A DNA stretch of 60,569 bases from Negaprion brevirostris (GCA_030324005.1 JARDVH010000025.1:39613078-39673646), one strand, 5' to 3'; counted from the first letter of the stretch, positions 47,724 through 60,569 are shown. Notes: generated by a model from the letters alone, not told the origin. Numbers and translations: made by a program.

Positions 47724-48500
47724 TGTTATGAAGTTAGATTAGACTCCAATTTTTATTTTGGCATTAGTGTGAGCATAAGATGTTCTGCTCTAGTTATGAT
47801 TCTAATGACCCACTAGGTAGCTTTTATTAAAATAAACTTTATTTAACAACGCAGTTAACATGTAACAAAAATAATTAGCATAACTTACCAACTGAAATAC
47901 TTGAACATAACAAGGTACAATTCTGAACTGCTAGCTATTTCTATTAGTTTCAATTTAAGCAATATATCAATAGATGTAAATTCCTGTTCAGAGTCAGTTT
48001 GCAAGACACACAGGCTTACGTGAATTCCCAGTCCTCCAACCTTTTAACCACCCTTGACAGAGGTACAGAGAGACAACAGTCTTCTGACTCTCAGACTGCA
48101 GCCTCCAAAGGAAAATCGACCTTCACATAGCACACTGCAGTCAGTAAGAGAAGGAGAAAACACCTCTTGCACACAGAGAAAAGCTGCTGTTCCTTTTAAA
48201 ACTCAAGCTGCAACTGCCTGCTTTTTTTTCCCTATGAGCATAACTCCATCCATTCATGTTTTTCTTCTTGTCAATCAACTTAATCAAACCCTACTCAGAA
48301 AACCCCAGGGACAATCCTAGCATAATAAAACTGCATTAGCCCATATTAAAACCAACAGTCGAATAATTAAGAGCAATTAACTTCTGCAGGTGAGCTGCTG
48401 ACTGTAGACAATTGGCACCATAATCAGAGCTCAAGCATAAACACACCCTTCACCAAAAACATGACATAAATACATTTCTTAAAGACACAGTGTTATTACA
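47724..48500. mobile_element. possible solo LTR
   Basis: TGTTATG..TATTACA termini; CCAGG at 47716-47720 and 48501-48505 is an imperfectly placed TSD candidate. Confidence 0.4.
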
Positions 48501-48749
48501 CCAGGCTTAGTTTTTCTTGGTCATCATCCTGAGCCCAAGCAGTTTTCCTCTGGCATTTTTGTGGATCAGGAATGACTTGCCCAGGCTGAGGTTAGCTTCC
48601 CATTGTAAACGGGAAATAAAAATCGGATTTCCTCCTGCACACTGTTTTTTTGTCTGGTGGGTTTTGGAAACCCACTAAAAGCATGCAAGAAAATAGAAAA
48701 TCTACTGAGGAGTCAGAAACATTCTGTCAAGTAAATCTATCGTTTTAAA

Positions 48750-49245
48750 TTATTTTATTTATTCTTTCACGGGATGTATGTGTCGCTGACTCGGCCAGCA
48801 TTCATTGTCTATCCCTAATTGCCCTCGAGAAGGTGATGGTGAGCTGCCTTCTTGAACTGCTGCAGTCCATGTGGTGTAGGTAAACCCACAGTGCTGTTGG
48901 GGATAGAGTTCCAGGATTTTGACCCAGCAACAGTGAGGAAATGACGATATATTTCGCAGTCAGGATGATGAGTGATTTGGAGGGGAACTTCCAGGTGGTG
49001 CTCTTCCATCTATCTGCTGCCCTTGTCCTGCGTGGTGGTAGAAGTCATGGGATTGGAAGGTGCTGTTGAAGACTCCTTCGTGAGTTGTTGCAGTCTATCT
49101 TGTGGATGGTAGGCACTGCCACCATTATTTTTTAATGATGGAGGGAATGAATGTTGATGGATCAAGCAGGTTAGTTTGTCCTAGATAATGTTGAGCTTCT
49201 TGAGTGTTATTGGAGGTGCACTCATCCAGTCAAGTAGAAAGTATA
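48750..49245 (-). mobile_element. 3' portion of a CR1/L2-group LINE
   Basis: VAGSKSWNSIPNSTVGLPTPHGLQQFKKAAHHHLLEGN and tail GGGCAATTAGGGATAGACAATGAATGCTGGCC. Confidence 0.85.
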
Positions 49246-49269
49246 CTCCAGGTGTAATCTCATTAAGGC

Positions 49270-50130
49270 TCTATATAATTGAGTATAGCAGTCAAGACAT
49301 CTTGACTCCTATACTCAAATCCATTTGCAGTAAAAGCCAACATACCATTTGCCTTCTTAATTATTGGCTGCATCTGCATGTAGCTTTCAGTGATTCGTAA
49401 ACAAGGATACCCAAGTCCCTTTGAAGGTCAACACTTCCCAGCCTCTCATCTGTGTGAAATATTCTGTATTTCTGTCCTTCGTGCCAAAGTGGATAACCTC
49501 ACCATTCTCCACATTGCATTCCATTTGCCAACTTTTTTCCCACCTGCAGCCTCTCAAAATCCTCTTGAAATGTCTTTACATCCTCCTCATGACTCACAAT
49601 TCCACCTAGCTCTGTGTCATATGCATACTTTATGTTACCTTTAATTTCCACTTCCAAATCATTGATATGTATTGTGAATTTCTCAGCCCAAGCACTGATT
49701 ATTCAGGTGTCCAACGAGTCACAGCTTGCCAATCTGGAAATGACCCATTTATTTCTACTCTCTGTTATCTGCCTATTAACCCATTCTCAATTCATGTCAG
49801 TATTTTCAGCCCAATTTCATGTGCTCTACTTTTGTTTACCAACCTCTTGTGTGGGACTTTATCAATACCTTTCTAAAAATCTGGACTTTCCAGTTCCCCT
49901 GAAGTGTATTTTCCGGCTAACATCTGTCATTTCCCCATTCCTCTTCTTTCTTAAATAGTGGGGTTACATTTGCCACCTTCCAGTCTGCCAGAACCATTCT
50001 AGGGTCTAAAGAATTTGGAAAGATGATCACAGTGCATCTACAGCCACCTCTTTCAACATTTTGAAATGTAAATCATCAGGTCCAGAGGGTTTATCGACTT
50101 CAAATCCCATTAATGTCCCTAGTACTATTT
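49270..50130 (-). mobile_element. CR1 ORF2 fragments with internal deletions
   Basis: Minus-strand pieces LMGFEVDKPSGPD, WKVANVTPLFKK, WQAVT..P..SVLG, IKKANGMLAF..GFEYRSQDV. Confidence 0.8.
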
Positions 50131-50187
50131 ACTAGTATTAACGTTTATATAAAATATTTAATTTGTATTTACATATACATATATACT

Positions 50188-50537
50188 ATGGAGTGGCATG
50201 ATGGCACAGTGGTTAGCACTACTGCCTCATAGCACCTGGGGCCCCGGTTCGATTCTAGCCTTGGGTGACTGTCTGTGTGGGGTTTACATGTTCTTTCCAT
50301 GTCTGCGTAGGTTTCCTCCCATAGTCCACAGATGTACAGGTTATGTGGAATGGCTGTGCTAAATTGCCCCTTACTGTCCCAAGGTGTGTGAGTTAGGTGG
50401 ATTAGCCATGGTAAATGCCCAGGGGTATGGGCATAGGGCAGCTATGCACCTAGGCACAATGCTCTTTCAGTTGAGTTGGTGCAGACTCATTTGGGCTGAA
50501 TGACTTCCTTCGTATGTAGGAATTCTATGGTTCTATA
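50188..50537 (+). mobile_element. HE1-type V-SINE
   Basis: GGCATGATGGCACAGTGGTTAGCACTACTGCCTC..GGTTCGATTC..TGTAGGAATTCTATGGTTCTAT. Confidence 0.9.
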
Positions 50538-51504
50538 ATGTATGATAAAATATGTTATATATGATAGGCATTTAAATATTTAAGTATGAATATTTACTAA
50601 TATTATTAACATTTAAATTGGGAATGTGCAGTGGAATTGTAAATTTGATTTAAAATTCATTACTGGATCTCCAAGACAAATAATCTTTCTGGTGTTCATC
50701 GTGGGCCAAGAGGTGCTGGAGTGCTACCCTTGAGTCTGTGAGAAAGCTTTTGATCTACCTCAACCCTTCATCTCCCACCGCTTACCCGCCCTGTGACCAC
50801 TAATAAGCAACCATCCCTTGCCAACCAAAATGTACTCTCCTCACCCTGTAATGCCAATTGTCTGCATGCAGAAGCCACTGTGGTCAACTTTACACTTTCT
50901 CTCAATTGCCGAGGACTGTTCCCAAGGCTGTGATCTCATGCCACTGGCATTCTCTCCTGTTCACTGGCTAAGCTGTTCATTTGGCTGGTTGCCAGTGAAA
51001 AATGGAAGAAAAAGTGATAGAAATCCCGCTGTTAAACTTGGCAAAGCATTTGCTTTCTCTGCCATGCAGGGTTTGTCTGTTGTTTGTGGCCTTCACTGCA
51101 CCCTCCCTATCTGTCCATAAATTTCCTCCAATATTTCTTCTGATGTGCAAGTGTCATTGCAATGATCTGATCACTAAAATTGATGAATATTTGATTCATT
51201 TAGAATGCATCGAATTACCATTTAATTTGTCATTTTAAAGTCAGACTGCAGTTTGATTTTCATTACCAGCAACTGTTGGCCTCTGTAAAAAAGCCTTAAA
51301 TTGAACATGATGGTCAACAACCAGGAAAGAGCAATTGAAATGGAGAGAGGAAACATGATAAACTTACTTTTTGATAGTAAGAGTGGTGGAGCATTTAAAT
51401 ATTTAACTTACACAATAAAGCAATCCAAAACATCTTCAATTCATAAGTCCCACAGACACAGTTCTGGTCAGATAACGACCTGCAATACAGATCACTGAAA
51501 TCTA

Positions 51505-52163
51505 GAATAGGATAGAGTGTAGAAGGAGGTCATTCAGCCCATTGAATCTGCAACCATTCTCTAAAAGAGCATCTTATGCGTGAAACCACATCCCTGTCCT
51601 ATCCACATAACCCCGTGCATTTATCATGGCTAATCCACCTAACTTACACATCTTTGGACACCAATGGGCAATTTACATGGAAACTAAAAGCAGGAGTAAG
51701 CCATTAGTCCTTCGAGCCTGCTGCGCCATTCATCTTGATCATGTCTGATCAGCAAATTCAATATTCTGATTCCCCCTTTCCTCCCATATCCCTTGATCCT
51801 ATTAGCCCCAAGAGTTATATCTAATTTCTTCTTGAAATCAGACAACGTTTTGACCTCAACTACATTTTGTGGTAATGAATTCCACACATTCGCCGCTCTC
51901 TGGGTGAAGAAATTTCTTCTCACCTCAATTCTACCCCTTAACTTCTAGTTCTGGACTCCCCCACCATTCGGAACATTCTTTCTGAATTTAGCATGACCAT
52001 TCCATCTAATCTGCACACCTTTGGAGTGGGGGAGGAAACTGGAGCACCCAGAGGAAATCCACGCAGACATGGGGGAGAATATGCAAACTCAGATAGTCAG
52101 ACCCAAGGTCAGAATCAAGCCCGGATCCTGGCGCTGTGAGGCAGCAGTGCTAACCACTGTGTC
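51505..52163 (-). mobile_element. HE1-type V-SINE split by a CR1 3' end
   Basis: Tail part 51505-51680 and head part 51985-52163; AATTTA(G)CATG occurs on both sides of the insert. Confidence 0.82.
51682..51985 (-). mobile_element. CR1 LINE 3' end
   Basis: RRNFFTQRAANVWNSLPQNVVEVKTLSDFKKKLDITL..IKGYG. Confidence 0.9.
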
Positions 52164-54785
52164 ACATTCCGCTCCTATCTACAAACTGAAAGGAAATTTT
52201 ACATAAAACCCACAGTTTTTTTTCTAAAGTTGAGCAAGATTTGACTCAATATGCAGTCCAAGAAAAACAAACTTTAGAGCTCTAGCTCTAGCTGTATCAG
52301 AAGCCCTGAGAGAAGAGTACAAGTACAGAAATGCACCAGGGGTCCATCTAAAAGAATCTGTAATTCGCTGTTTCAATGGGCAACAGTTTGTAGCATCTGA
52401 TGGGGATTTATCTTCCGTATTGCTTCAGTGCATTAATCCTCAAAAATGATCGGGAAAAAAGAAACCAGTAGCGTGAGTCTCTCAACCAGGGAAACATAAT
52501 GAATATATTAATTGGCTGTACAGCAACAGAACTATCGATTACTCCTTACAATCATACAACTATATCAGCAAAAAGAACAAGCTTTTAATGACAGCTGCCA
52601 TTATCTAATTTTTTTGACATATTAGTGTTTGCAAAGAAAAATTGAAAACAGCTCCAATTCAGGATTTTTATTCCAAACATATCTGAGAATGTGGCTTGTC
52701 TGTGGAACAAAGGAAGTGCAGTGAACAGTGTCTGTGCAACTTCTAATTCACTGCCATGATCCAATTCTCAGTAGAAACGCAGGAAAATAAGGGGCTAGTT
52801 AAGAGGCTGGAGGGGTGGGGGGCACAAAAATTCCCACCACTGACTGGTCTGCTGATTTGCCAGCCTCGTCCCTGCTTGGAATTTTCACAAAAGCAGGATA
52901 GAGATTGGAAGAGCTACCAGCCCACAAACGGCAGGTAGCCAAGTGAAGTAGGTTTGATGGCCCTTCACAGAGGCCTATGGGAAAATTCTAGTCAGTCTGT
53001 GGGACCTAGCAGAATAGGGAACAGGCCAGCTGGCTGGAGGTGGCTTCCTAATGCAGACCAATGGCCAAGACTACAGGCAGGCTTCGAAACCCCTTCTGCC
53101 TGCCTGCCACAGTTGCAACTGTGCGGGGGATTCTGGCTGCTAATACCATTTTTTAAATTCTTTTAAAAGTTGTAGAAAGAGTGCCTCTCAAGATGGAGGG
53201 GCCCTTTCTCTTTTACCCAAACTGAAGGCTGTTGCTCCATCCAAGCTGAGAGTGGCAATGTGGGTGGGGGTTTTCTTCCAGCTTTGAGATTTCGCCTACA
53301 GTCTTTAATGAGGTGAGAAGCCCGCCACTGGCCACTAATTATAAGCAGACTGTTTTCCACACAAAGTAGGGGCTGGCCCCTATTTGATCCCATCGTCAAG
53401 GTCCCAACCCAAAGTTCTGCCACTGAGTGAGTTAACAGCTATTGGCTCACATGATGGCAGGAATTACAATTTCTGTCAACACTCTAGCTGTTGCATGAAA
53501 ACTTAAGTCAATACGTTAGCATAAGAAATATTCGACCCATAAAGAGTATAGTGAAATGTACCTTCTCACCCTCCTCAACCACTTGGCAGCCCTTGACAAT
53601 CAACCACACCATTCTCCTCTACCAGTAGTTCTCCTGTACTCTATTGTCCAGGTGAGTGGCACTGCCATTGCTCGGTGTACTTATGGAAGACTTTTCCCCA
53701 GAATTTTAAATGGGCAGTGTCCATAGTCAATTCTGTGGAAGAAGCAGAATTCATGTGTCGAATATCTTTGCACATTCAATGCTCCTTCATCTACAAGTTT
53801 TAAATATTAATGCTTTGCTATTTCTGCTCCGCTCTCTAAGACACAACTCTCTGTAATAAATGTGCAGTGGCCAGCAAGATTTTTCTTGCAGGAATACTTT
53901 GTGTAACTTAAAAAATGTTTAAAGCAGTATCTGTGTCGTGATTAATGAAAAATAAGAGAAATTTTTTAGTCCTTCTATTCTTTAAGTCCTTCTATTCAGC
54001 GCTTAGGATTTGATGAAAGAGCGAAGATATCGACTACAATATTTCAAAAACTGAAGTGGACATATTGAAGTTTGTTTTATACCTTTAATCATTATTAGGA
54101 AAGTGCAAAAAGTCTGTTCCCTCCAGTGGAACAATAGTTGATGGGAGAGAAGACTGGGAAGAGAATTCTTTGCAACTCAATGCATTATTACACAGAAGTG
54201 TTTGTTTCCCTCCAGCACATTGTGCTTTATCCTTCTTTCATACATTTCACAGTTCCTTTTGGAATGTCAAAGGGATGTTGTTTCCTCAACACTCCTTCAC
54301 CACAACACAGGGGCAGTTGAGGTTACATAAAGATTTGACTAACAGGGACAAACCTTTCAAATTTGGTACAGATAGAAAGGAAAGCCAAAAGCTTAGTTAA
54401 CTGTATTGCAGTGGGTAAATTCAAGCAAGATTCTTAAAAATCTGCATTACAGTGCTGTTGTTAGAGCGAAATGTGGCTTGGTGCCAGAGCTTCAAGTGAA
54501 AGGCAGCTCTGAGCTGGATCTGTTGGACTGCCTGTTGGGTGCTGATTTATTCAGCGGGTCAGAGGAGGTTTATGTGGAGCATATCACTGGCTTGAACCAG
54601 TTGGGTCGTCGGACATTTTGTGCTACACGTTCTATGTAACTCTAAGTGGATGTGTTTTANNNNNNNNNNGGTTAAAATAAGGAGCAATTTTAGCAAATAA
54701 TTAATTGTGTCAGAGTAGTGGTATTTTGCAGATTCCTTCTTGATTGGATTTTATTGACGTTCAAGAGGTGCTTATTTTGAATTAT

Positions 54786-54916
54786 TGACCGAAATTCTCC
54801 GACGTCCAGTCATCGCTGCCAGCAAGAATGGAGAATTTGGCGCTCAGCAAAATCTTCATTCACAGCAGCAGGACTGGATAATCCCAGCCACGGACGAGGT
54901 CAGAGAATTCGAGCCA
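54786..54916. mobile_element. short MITE-like element
   Basis: Ends TGACCGAAATTCTC and GAGAATTCGAGCC; core shared with 23940-24050. Confidence 0.65.
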
Positions 54917-55886
54917 TTTTTTATGCTGTAGTTTTGGTGGGTTTTTTTTAAGTAGCTGCAAATGAAAGAGAGTGCGTATCTTAGATTGGCACATATCCTT
55001 CGTGTTTTTGCTGTACCAAGGACCCTGGAATCTGAGCACAGGCATTATTTAAGAAGGTTACCAAGGAGTTGAATGTCACTGCACATTCAACACAAAAGTT
55101 TCTGCTGCAAAATGCTGCAACCACAACAGAGATGATACGAAGAATACCAGTCTTGAATAGGTTTTAAAATTCAAAGTTAGGTTGAAAATGGAAAGCAAGC
55201 AAAGAGCTGTTGCCTAGTTACTGGTATGTGCCTGCCTGTTTACAAGATGTACAATCTTTGGAATCTTCCAAAGTTTAGAGAAAGATATAAGTAGGAAAGT
55301 AGAAAAATGGCTCACAAGCAACAAAAGAAAGCTTTTTTTCTGAACAAGGACAGATTTTTCATGGTGAAGCACGAAGTGAAAGCAATTTGGGTCATACCTG
55401 TGGTAATTTAATAACTTTTTTTTAATTTGCTGAAGTTAAAGGAAAATTTATTCTAATGAGGCAAGTTTATGATTTAAATAGGCCAACGTCTGAAAAATTC
55501 ATAGTGAAGAGTTTGCGCCTCAGGGAGATCATATATTTTTCTAATAAAGAAATTCGTCCAGTTTTTTTTATCGAAATAGTAATTCACCCATAATTGTGTC
55601 TTCCACCTCCTCATGCTCCATACTCCAAGCTCAACTGGCACTTTCAGCTTGCCTATTTTTGCTGTCTGCTGGCTGAACTAAACCCATTGCAAGTCGGTGA
55701 ATGATTTTATGTTGTCAATACTAGGACCATATGGGAAGAACACATCTGATTGGGAAGCTGATTCATGTTGCTGAAAAGTGCCAATTAGAAATAGCAAAGC
55801 TGGTACAGTTAAAGGTTCTAGTGAAGTTCATTTCATTTACTCACTTTAAAGCTGATTCATTCACAACTTGGAATATCAGGATTATT

Positions 55887-56082
55887 TCATAAAATCCCTA
55901 CAGTGCAGAAGAAGGCCATTTGGCCCATCGAGTCTGCTACCAACCACAATCCCACCCAGGCCCTATCACCATAATCCCATGCATTTACCTTATCTTGTCC
56001 TCTTGACACTTGATACTTTAGCATGGCCAATCCACCTAACCTGCAGATCTTTGGTCTGCGAGAGGAAACCAGAGCACCCAGA
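55887..56082 (-). mobile_element. HE1-type V-SINE, 5'-truncated
   Basis: AATCCCTACAGTGCAGAAGAAGGCCATTTGGCCCATCGAGTC..GAGGAAACCAGAGCACCC. Confidence 0.88.
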
Positions 56083-56297
56083 ATTGTTTTTTTACACAAT
56101 TTGTTTTCCTTCTCATTTTCATTGGCGATTGCGCCTTTCTCACTATTAAACTATTTGACAATGGTATTTACTACATCCATACACAGTTCAAGAAGGCTTG
56201 GTGTGAAATATTTGACTGAGTTTATATAGACTACTGGGTTGTGTTCATCTAATCTATTTCCTGTCAAATTTGTTTGCTTTGATTTCCTTCCATCCCC

Positions 56298-56975
56298 CCC
56301 AATAGTAGAGGGTAATGCGGAGGTTGTTGGAAAGGAGGAACTTAAAACAATCGCCATCACAAGGGAAAACAAAAAAGTACCAAGCAGACTATTGGGATTA
56401 AAGGCAAACAGGTCCGCAGAGCCTGATGACCTGCATCCTAGGGTCTTAAAAGAAGTAGCAGCAGAAATATTGTAGGCATTGGTCAGAGGGATAAAGAGGC
56501 AATCTATTATCTAAATGGAGAGAAACTTCAAAATGCTTCTGAGCAGAGGGATCTGGGTGAACTTGTGCATGAATTGCAGAAAATTAGTTTGCACATACAG
56601 CAGGTAATAAGGAAGGCAAATGGAATTTTGGCACTCATTGCTAATGGAATAGAAAGAATGGAATGGAAAGTAGGAAAGAGTTGCTACAACTGTATAAAGT
56701 ATTGGTGAGACTGAATCTGGAGTGCTGCGCACAGTTTTGGTCCACTTACTTGAGAAAGAACATAAATGCATTTGAGGTGGTTCAAATAAGGTCCACTAGT
56801 TTGATTCCAGGGATAAACGAGTTATCTTCTGAAGTGAGACTGAGTAGTTTAGACCTATAGTAGTTTCAGTTTAGAAGAATGAGATGAGATCTAACTGAGG
56901 TATGTAAGATGCTAAAGGGAATTGACAGGATGATGTAGAGTAGATGTTTCCCCTTATTGGACATTCTAGAATGAG
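56298..56975 (+). mobile_element. CR1 ORF2 remnant with a large internal deletion
   Basis: LLGLKANRSAEPDDLHPRVLKEVAAEI is followed almost directly by QRDLG..KANGILA..LLQLYKVLVRLNLECCAQFWSTYLRK; a 3' piece resumes at about 57560-57770. Confidence 0.85.
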
Positions 56976-58679
56976 GAACTGCCCAGTGCTGAAGTGGGCC
57001 TTCAGTGCTCTGGGACTGTATCTCTGTTGTAATAACAGTAATTAACTACTCTGGACCTCACCCTTTGCAGCCACTCACTGCCTATTCACTCTCTATGCTT
57101 CATGCATGCCCTCATCTACCCTCTCATGGGCCCTCATTCCCTCTATGTCAACTTGTTGGCTCTTCTTGTCTTCCAGGCCAACGTATGCCCCTTTCCACAG
57201 CTCCAAGATGCCTCATTCTTCTTATAATCCGATGCCAAACCATAACCCCACCACCACTCTTCCCCCTGGCTCCTTAAAGCCTCGTGCTAATTTAGTGCCA
57301 ACTTATTGCAGCCCATTCCCACACATATCACCCTTTGCCCTCACAACCTGTATGCAAATTCATCTAATATCCAACATAAGCATACCTCAGAAGTCATGCT
57401 GAGGTAAAACAAAGTCCCAAGTATCTATTTAAAAAGTTGTTAAAAGCTCATTCCAGATATTTAAATCATTTCAAGTACTTAAGCCTTTAAAAAAAACAAA
57501 ACTTTGTATTCATGATCCCAAAAAGGCAGCTAATCCTTTTATAGCCTCTTGGTACTGTTAGTTTCCTCCTGTAGGGCAATCCAGAACAATAGGTCATAGT
57601 TTTAGGATAAGGGGTAGCAAATTTAAAACAGATGAGGAGAATTAACTTCTCTCAAAGGATGATATGTGGAATTAACTACCTCAGAACATGGTGGATGCCG
57701 AGACTTTGAATAAATTTAAGGAAGAGATGGACAGGCAGGAAAATGGAGTTGAGGTTGAGATGAGATCTCCATGTTTATTATTACTTTTTTAAGAGTTTAT
57801 TTAATTGGCTAGATAACTCTTAATTGTGCATGTAGCCTATATTTGATGCTGGAATTCTGCCTTTTGTTATATATACGATAAGTTATGGCTAATTACCTAT
57901 GGCTAAAATAATGTTGGTGGTCTGTGCCAAGGAGGTCAATGGTTTCCCCCAGCTAAAGATTTTACCTCTGAAGTAGCTTCTCTAAAACTTATTTATTTTC
58001 TACCAACCTGAACCTATTTGGATCCCCTGACTTCAATCCTTACTAAGACACTCATCATTAAATGTCTTGTATACTTCCTACAACTTTGTTATTATTATTG
58101 ATTTGCAAAATCTTGTTTCGGGTATCTGGTATAAATTAGTACTTTGATTTTCATAATATTACTACCCTGCAAGTAGTGTAGTTTTGACCTTGTATTTGTT
58201 TGTGTTTATATTTCTGTGTTTTTGTCCCTGCAGAATGAAATTCATAAATTAACAAAGAAAAGACATTTTTGCTTCATAATGATTGTTGCGGTGATTTAAT
58301 CTGGGTTGATAAGTATTAAGATCTGTGTATACTTCACTTTTCCCATACATTTGTCCATAGGACAGAGCGCCTTGATTTGCAAATATTTTTGAGTTTACTT
58401 TAAAGTAGTTGGATCTCCTGTGGTTGACTGTCTGCATGCACACTATAATATGTTTTTAGAANNNNNNNNNNNNNNNNNNNNNNNNNNNNNNNNNNNNNNN
58501 NNNNNNNNNNNNNNNNNNNNNNNNNNNNNNNNNNNNNNNNNNNNNNNNNNNNNNNNNNNNNCTAAACACAGTTTACTATTCAACAAAATGTTCTTTCACT
58601 TTTTTTAATGAATATCTCACTTGTCGCAAATGCAAGGCTTGCAAAGTTCCTCGACATTTTCAGATGGCTTTTTTTTTGG

Positions 58680-59350
58680 AAAATTTACAAGTTGCACCCA
58701 TCTAAATACGTTACTGCCTCTTCTCCCGTGCTCAAATCTCTGGTTTTACAAATTCAGGTGGTCTAGAGGCTTGATAATTCTTCCAGATCTTGTTCTGGTC
58801 ATTTGTAGGAGTGGTAGACTTTGTTGAATTGGACAACTTTGTTGATTCAGTGTTTGAGTTTGTGTTTCTGGCACTTGGCACAAATTTTCCACTCCCCAGA
58901 GTTAAACTTTCTTTGTAAACTCCCCATCTATTGGCTTGGAGACCACTAGTTTGTCCTGTTCTTTCTGGAGGGAGTGTTAACTCTGTCCAGTCATGGTAGG
59001 AACCTTGTTTTCCTTTTTCCATGTTGTCCACCATGATCTCTGTGGGAGTTGAAGATGGCCAACACTTTTGTTTGGATGTTCCCCATCAGTGGGCTCACCA
59101 TGCAGCTTGGCTTTAATTGTGACAATGTGTTCCTACATGTGTCTCTGTGCCTTATTGAGGTGTGCTCTGGTGAGTTGATGATCACAAGTTTCTCACTCCA
59201 ACATTGTTGTGCAGCTTTGTGCACTGGCTGAAGGTTGTTATGTTCATGCTATGATGTCTACAGTTAATATGGTAGCCATCTTTGACACTTTGGTTTGGGG
59301 CTCATTTTTCTGTTGCTGGTCAATTTTTTGTGTGTCTTCCACTTGAGGTA
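58680..59350 (-). mobile_element. highly degenerate Ingi/Vingi-like LINE, 3' part
   Basis: Frameshifted minus-strand motifs in the expected order: HT.KIDQQ, WLP, TLPP..W..ANR, PEQDLE, DL..GEEAVTYL. Confidence 0.45.
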
Positions 59351-59522
59351 CAGTAGGTTTGGTTGCTTTGATCAAAGAGGAGTTTCTGCCGCCCGCAAAG
59401 AAATTGGACAAACCAGCTCTGCAAAGAGTGAAGATAATTCAGAGCTGAAGTCCCAGTTGAGAGTTTCTTGACTGGTGGGCCTCTTGGGAACTTGCAGTTC
59501 CTTATTTTTGATGCCTGAGGTT

Positions 59523-59660
59523 ATAGATTCATAGAAACAGACCCTTCGGCCCACCACGTCGATGCCCCTCATCAAATACCAATCTATATTTATCCCATTT
59601 ACCAGCATTTGGTCCATAGCCTACTGTGACTTGAAGTCCAATTGCTTCTTAAATGTTGTG
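59523..59660 (-). mobile_element. CR1 LINE 3' end
   Basis: ATAGATTCATAGAAACAGACCCTTCGGCCCACC..GTCCAATTGCTTCTTAAATGTTG. Confidence 0.75.
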
Positions 59661-59689
59661 AGAATAGCTTCCTCCAGGAGGCAGTAACT

Positions 59690-60458
59690 GAAGGTGATCT
59701 GTATTAGTAGGGAAAAGGTGTTGGGACAACTAATAGGGCTGACGGCTGATAAATCCCCAGGGTCTGATAATCTACATTCCAAAGTACTTAAGGAAGTGGC
59801 CCAAGAAATAGTGGATGCATTGGTGGTCATCTGCGAAGATTTAAAGACTCTCTTGAACAGTTCCTACAGTTTGGAGGATAGCTGATGTAACCCCACTATT
59901 TAAAAAGGGAGGTAGAGAGAAAAAAGGGAATTACAGATCAGTAAGCCTGACATCAGTAACGGGGAAATTTTTAGAATCCATTATCAATGATTTTACAACA
60001 GAATGCTTGGAAAACAGTGGCTGGATTGGATAGAGTCATGATGTGGATGTGCCTGCGTTGGACTGGGGTAAACCTGGTGTTGTCAGACTTTTTACTTGGA
60101 TAGAGTCAGCATGGATTTATGAAAAGGAAATCATGCTTGACAAAGCTACTGGAATTTTTTGAAGATGTAACTAGTAGAGTTGAAGAGGGGGAGCCAAGGA
60201 TGTGGTTTACCTGGACTTTCAGAAGGCTTTCAACAAAGTCTGACATTAAAGATTAATCTATAAAATTAAAGTGCATGGTATGGGGGTAATGTATGGAGGT
60301 GAATAGAAAACTGATTGGCAGACAGGAAGCAAAGAGTTGGAACAAATGGGTCTTTTTCCGAATGGCAGGCAGTAACTGGTGGGGTACCACAAGGATCAGT
60401 GCTGATACCCTAGCTATTCGCTATATACGTATGAATGATCTAGATGAGGAGGTAAATG
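59690..60458 (+). mobile_element. CR1 ORF2 (RT) fragment
   Basis: DKSPGSDNLHSKVLKEVAQEIVDAL, VTPLFKKG..NYRSVSLTS, QHGFMKRKSCLT.LLEFFEDV, VYLDFQKAF, GVPQGSVL..MNDLDE. Confidence 0.92.
60039..60095 (-). mobile_element. 57-bp collapsed copy of the Penelope-like element, with a 13-bp TSD
   Basis: TTGGATAGAGTCA duplicated at 60026-60038 and 60096-60108; the insert equals both termini of the 13187-13446 element fused at TAAAC. Confidence 0.85.
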
Positions 60459-60569
60459 TAATGGGGGCGATTTTTCAATGCGTGTCCAATGGGCAGAAAA
60501 ACAGGATTCTTTTCCACCCTTTATTTGATGATCTGAGTCTCGATTATTTATGGCACTCTGTATAATACA

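Noticed and set aside
58200-58290. Strong acceptor-like site TTTTTGTCCCTGCAG
   Set aside because: The downstream sequence has early stops, no PDE7 similarity and no clear donor.
33563-60569. PDE7B exon 3 (expected roughly GDIRLRGQ..RRGSYPFIDFR)
   Set aside because: No such peptide with splice sites was found by eye; it probably lies beyond the window or in a gap.

Overview
Repeat-rich vertebrate genomic DNA, very likely from a shark or other elasmobranch (HE1-type V-SINEs, Deu-domain SINEs, CR1, Rex1, RTE, L2 and Penelope-like elements), with several N gaps. The window holds the 5' end of a cAMP phosphodiesterase gene recognisable as PDE7B on the + strand. It has a GC-box/TATA promoter at about 6.9-7.2 kb, coding exon 1 (7480-7500, MSCLMVE), a 26-kb intron 1, and coding exon 2 (33502-33562, RCGAISFDGADQNALCVRMLG). 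Intron 2 runs past the window end. Neither exon appears in the supplied ORF track, whose recognisable entries are mostly transposon debris. The most interesting signal is at the PDE7B start, where three reading frames overlap: a 39-codon upstream ORF (7380-7499), a strong-Kozak 6-codon ORF whose stop overlaps Met5 (TAATG), and the weak-context main ATG. A second, better-consensus splice donor 23 nt downstream would put the 39-aa uORF in frame with PDE7B, separated by one TGA. Other notable items: a PDE7A-like pseudosubstrate relic in exon 2, a V-SINE with two alternative LINE-derived tails, a Penelope-like element with fixed ends and hammerhead remnants, and a small inversion revealed by a split LTR target-site duplication. 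Repeat boundaries are by eye and approximate. Comparisons with human sequences are from memory and need alignment.
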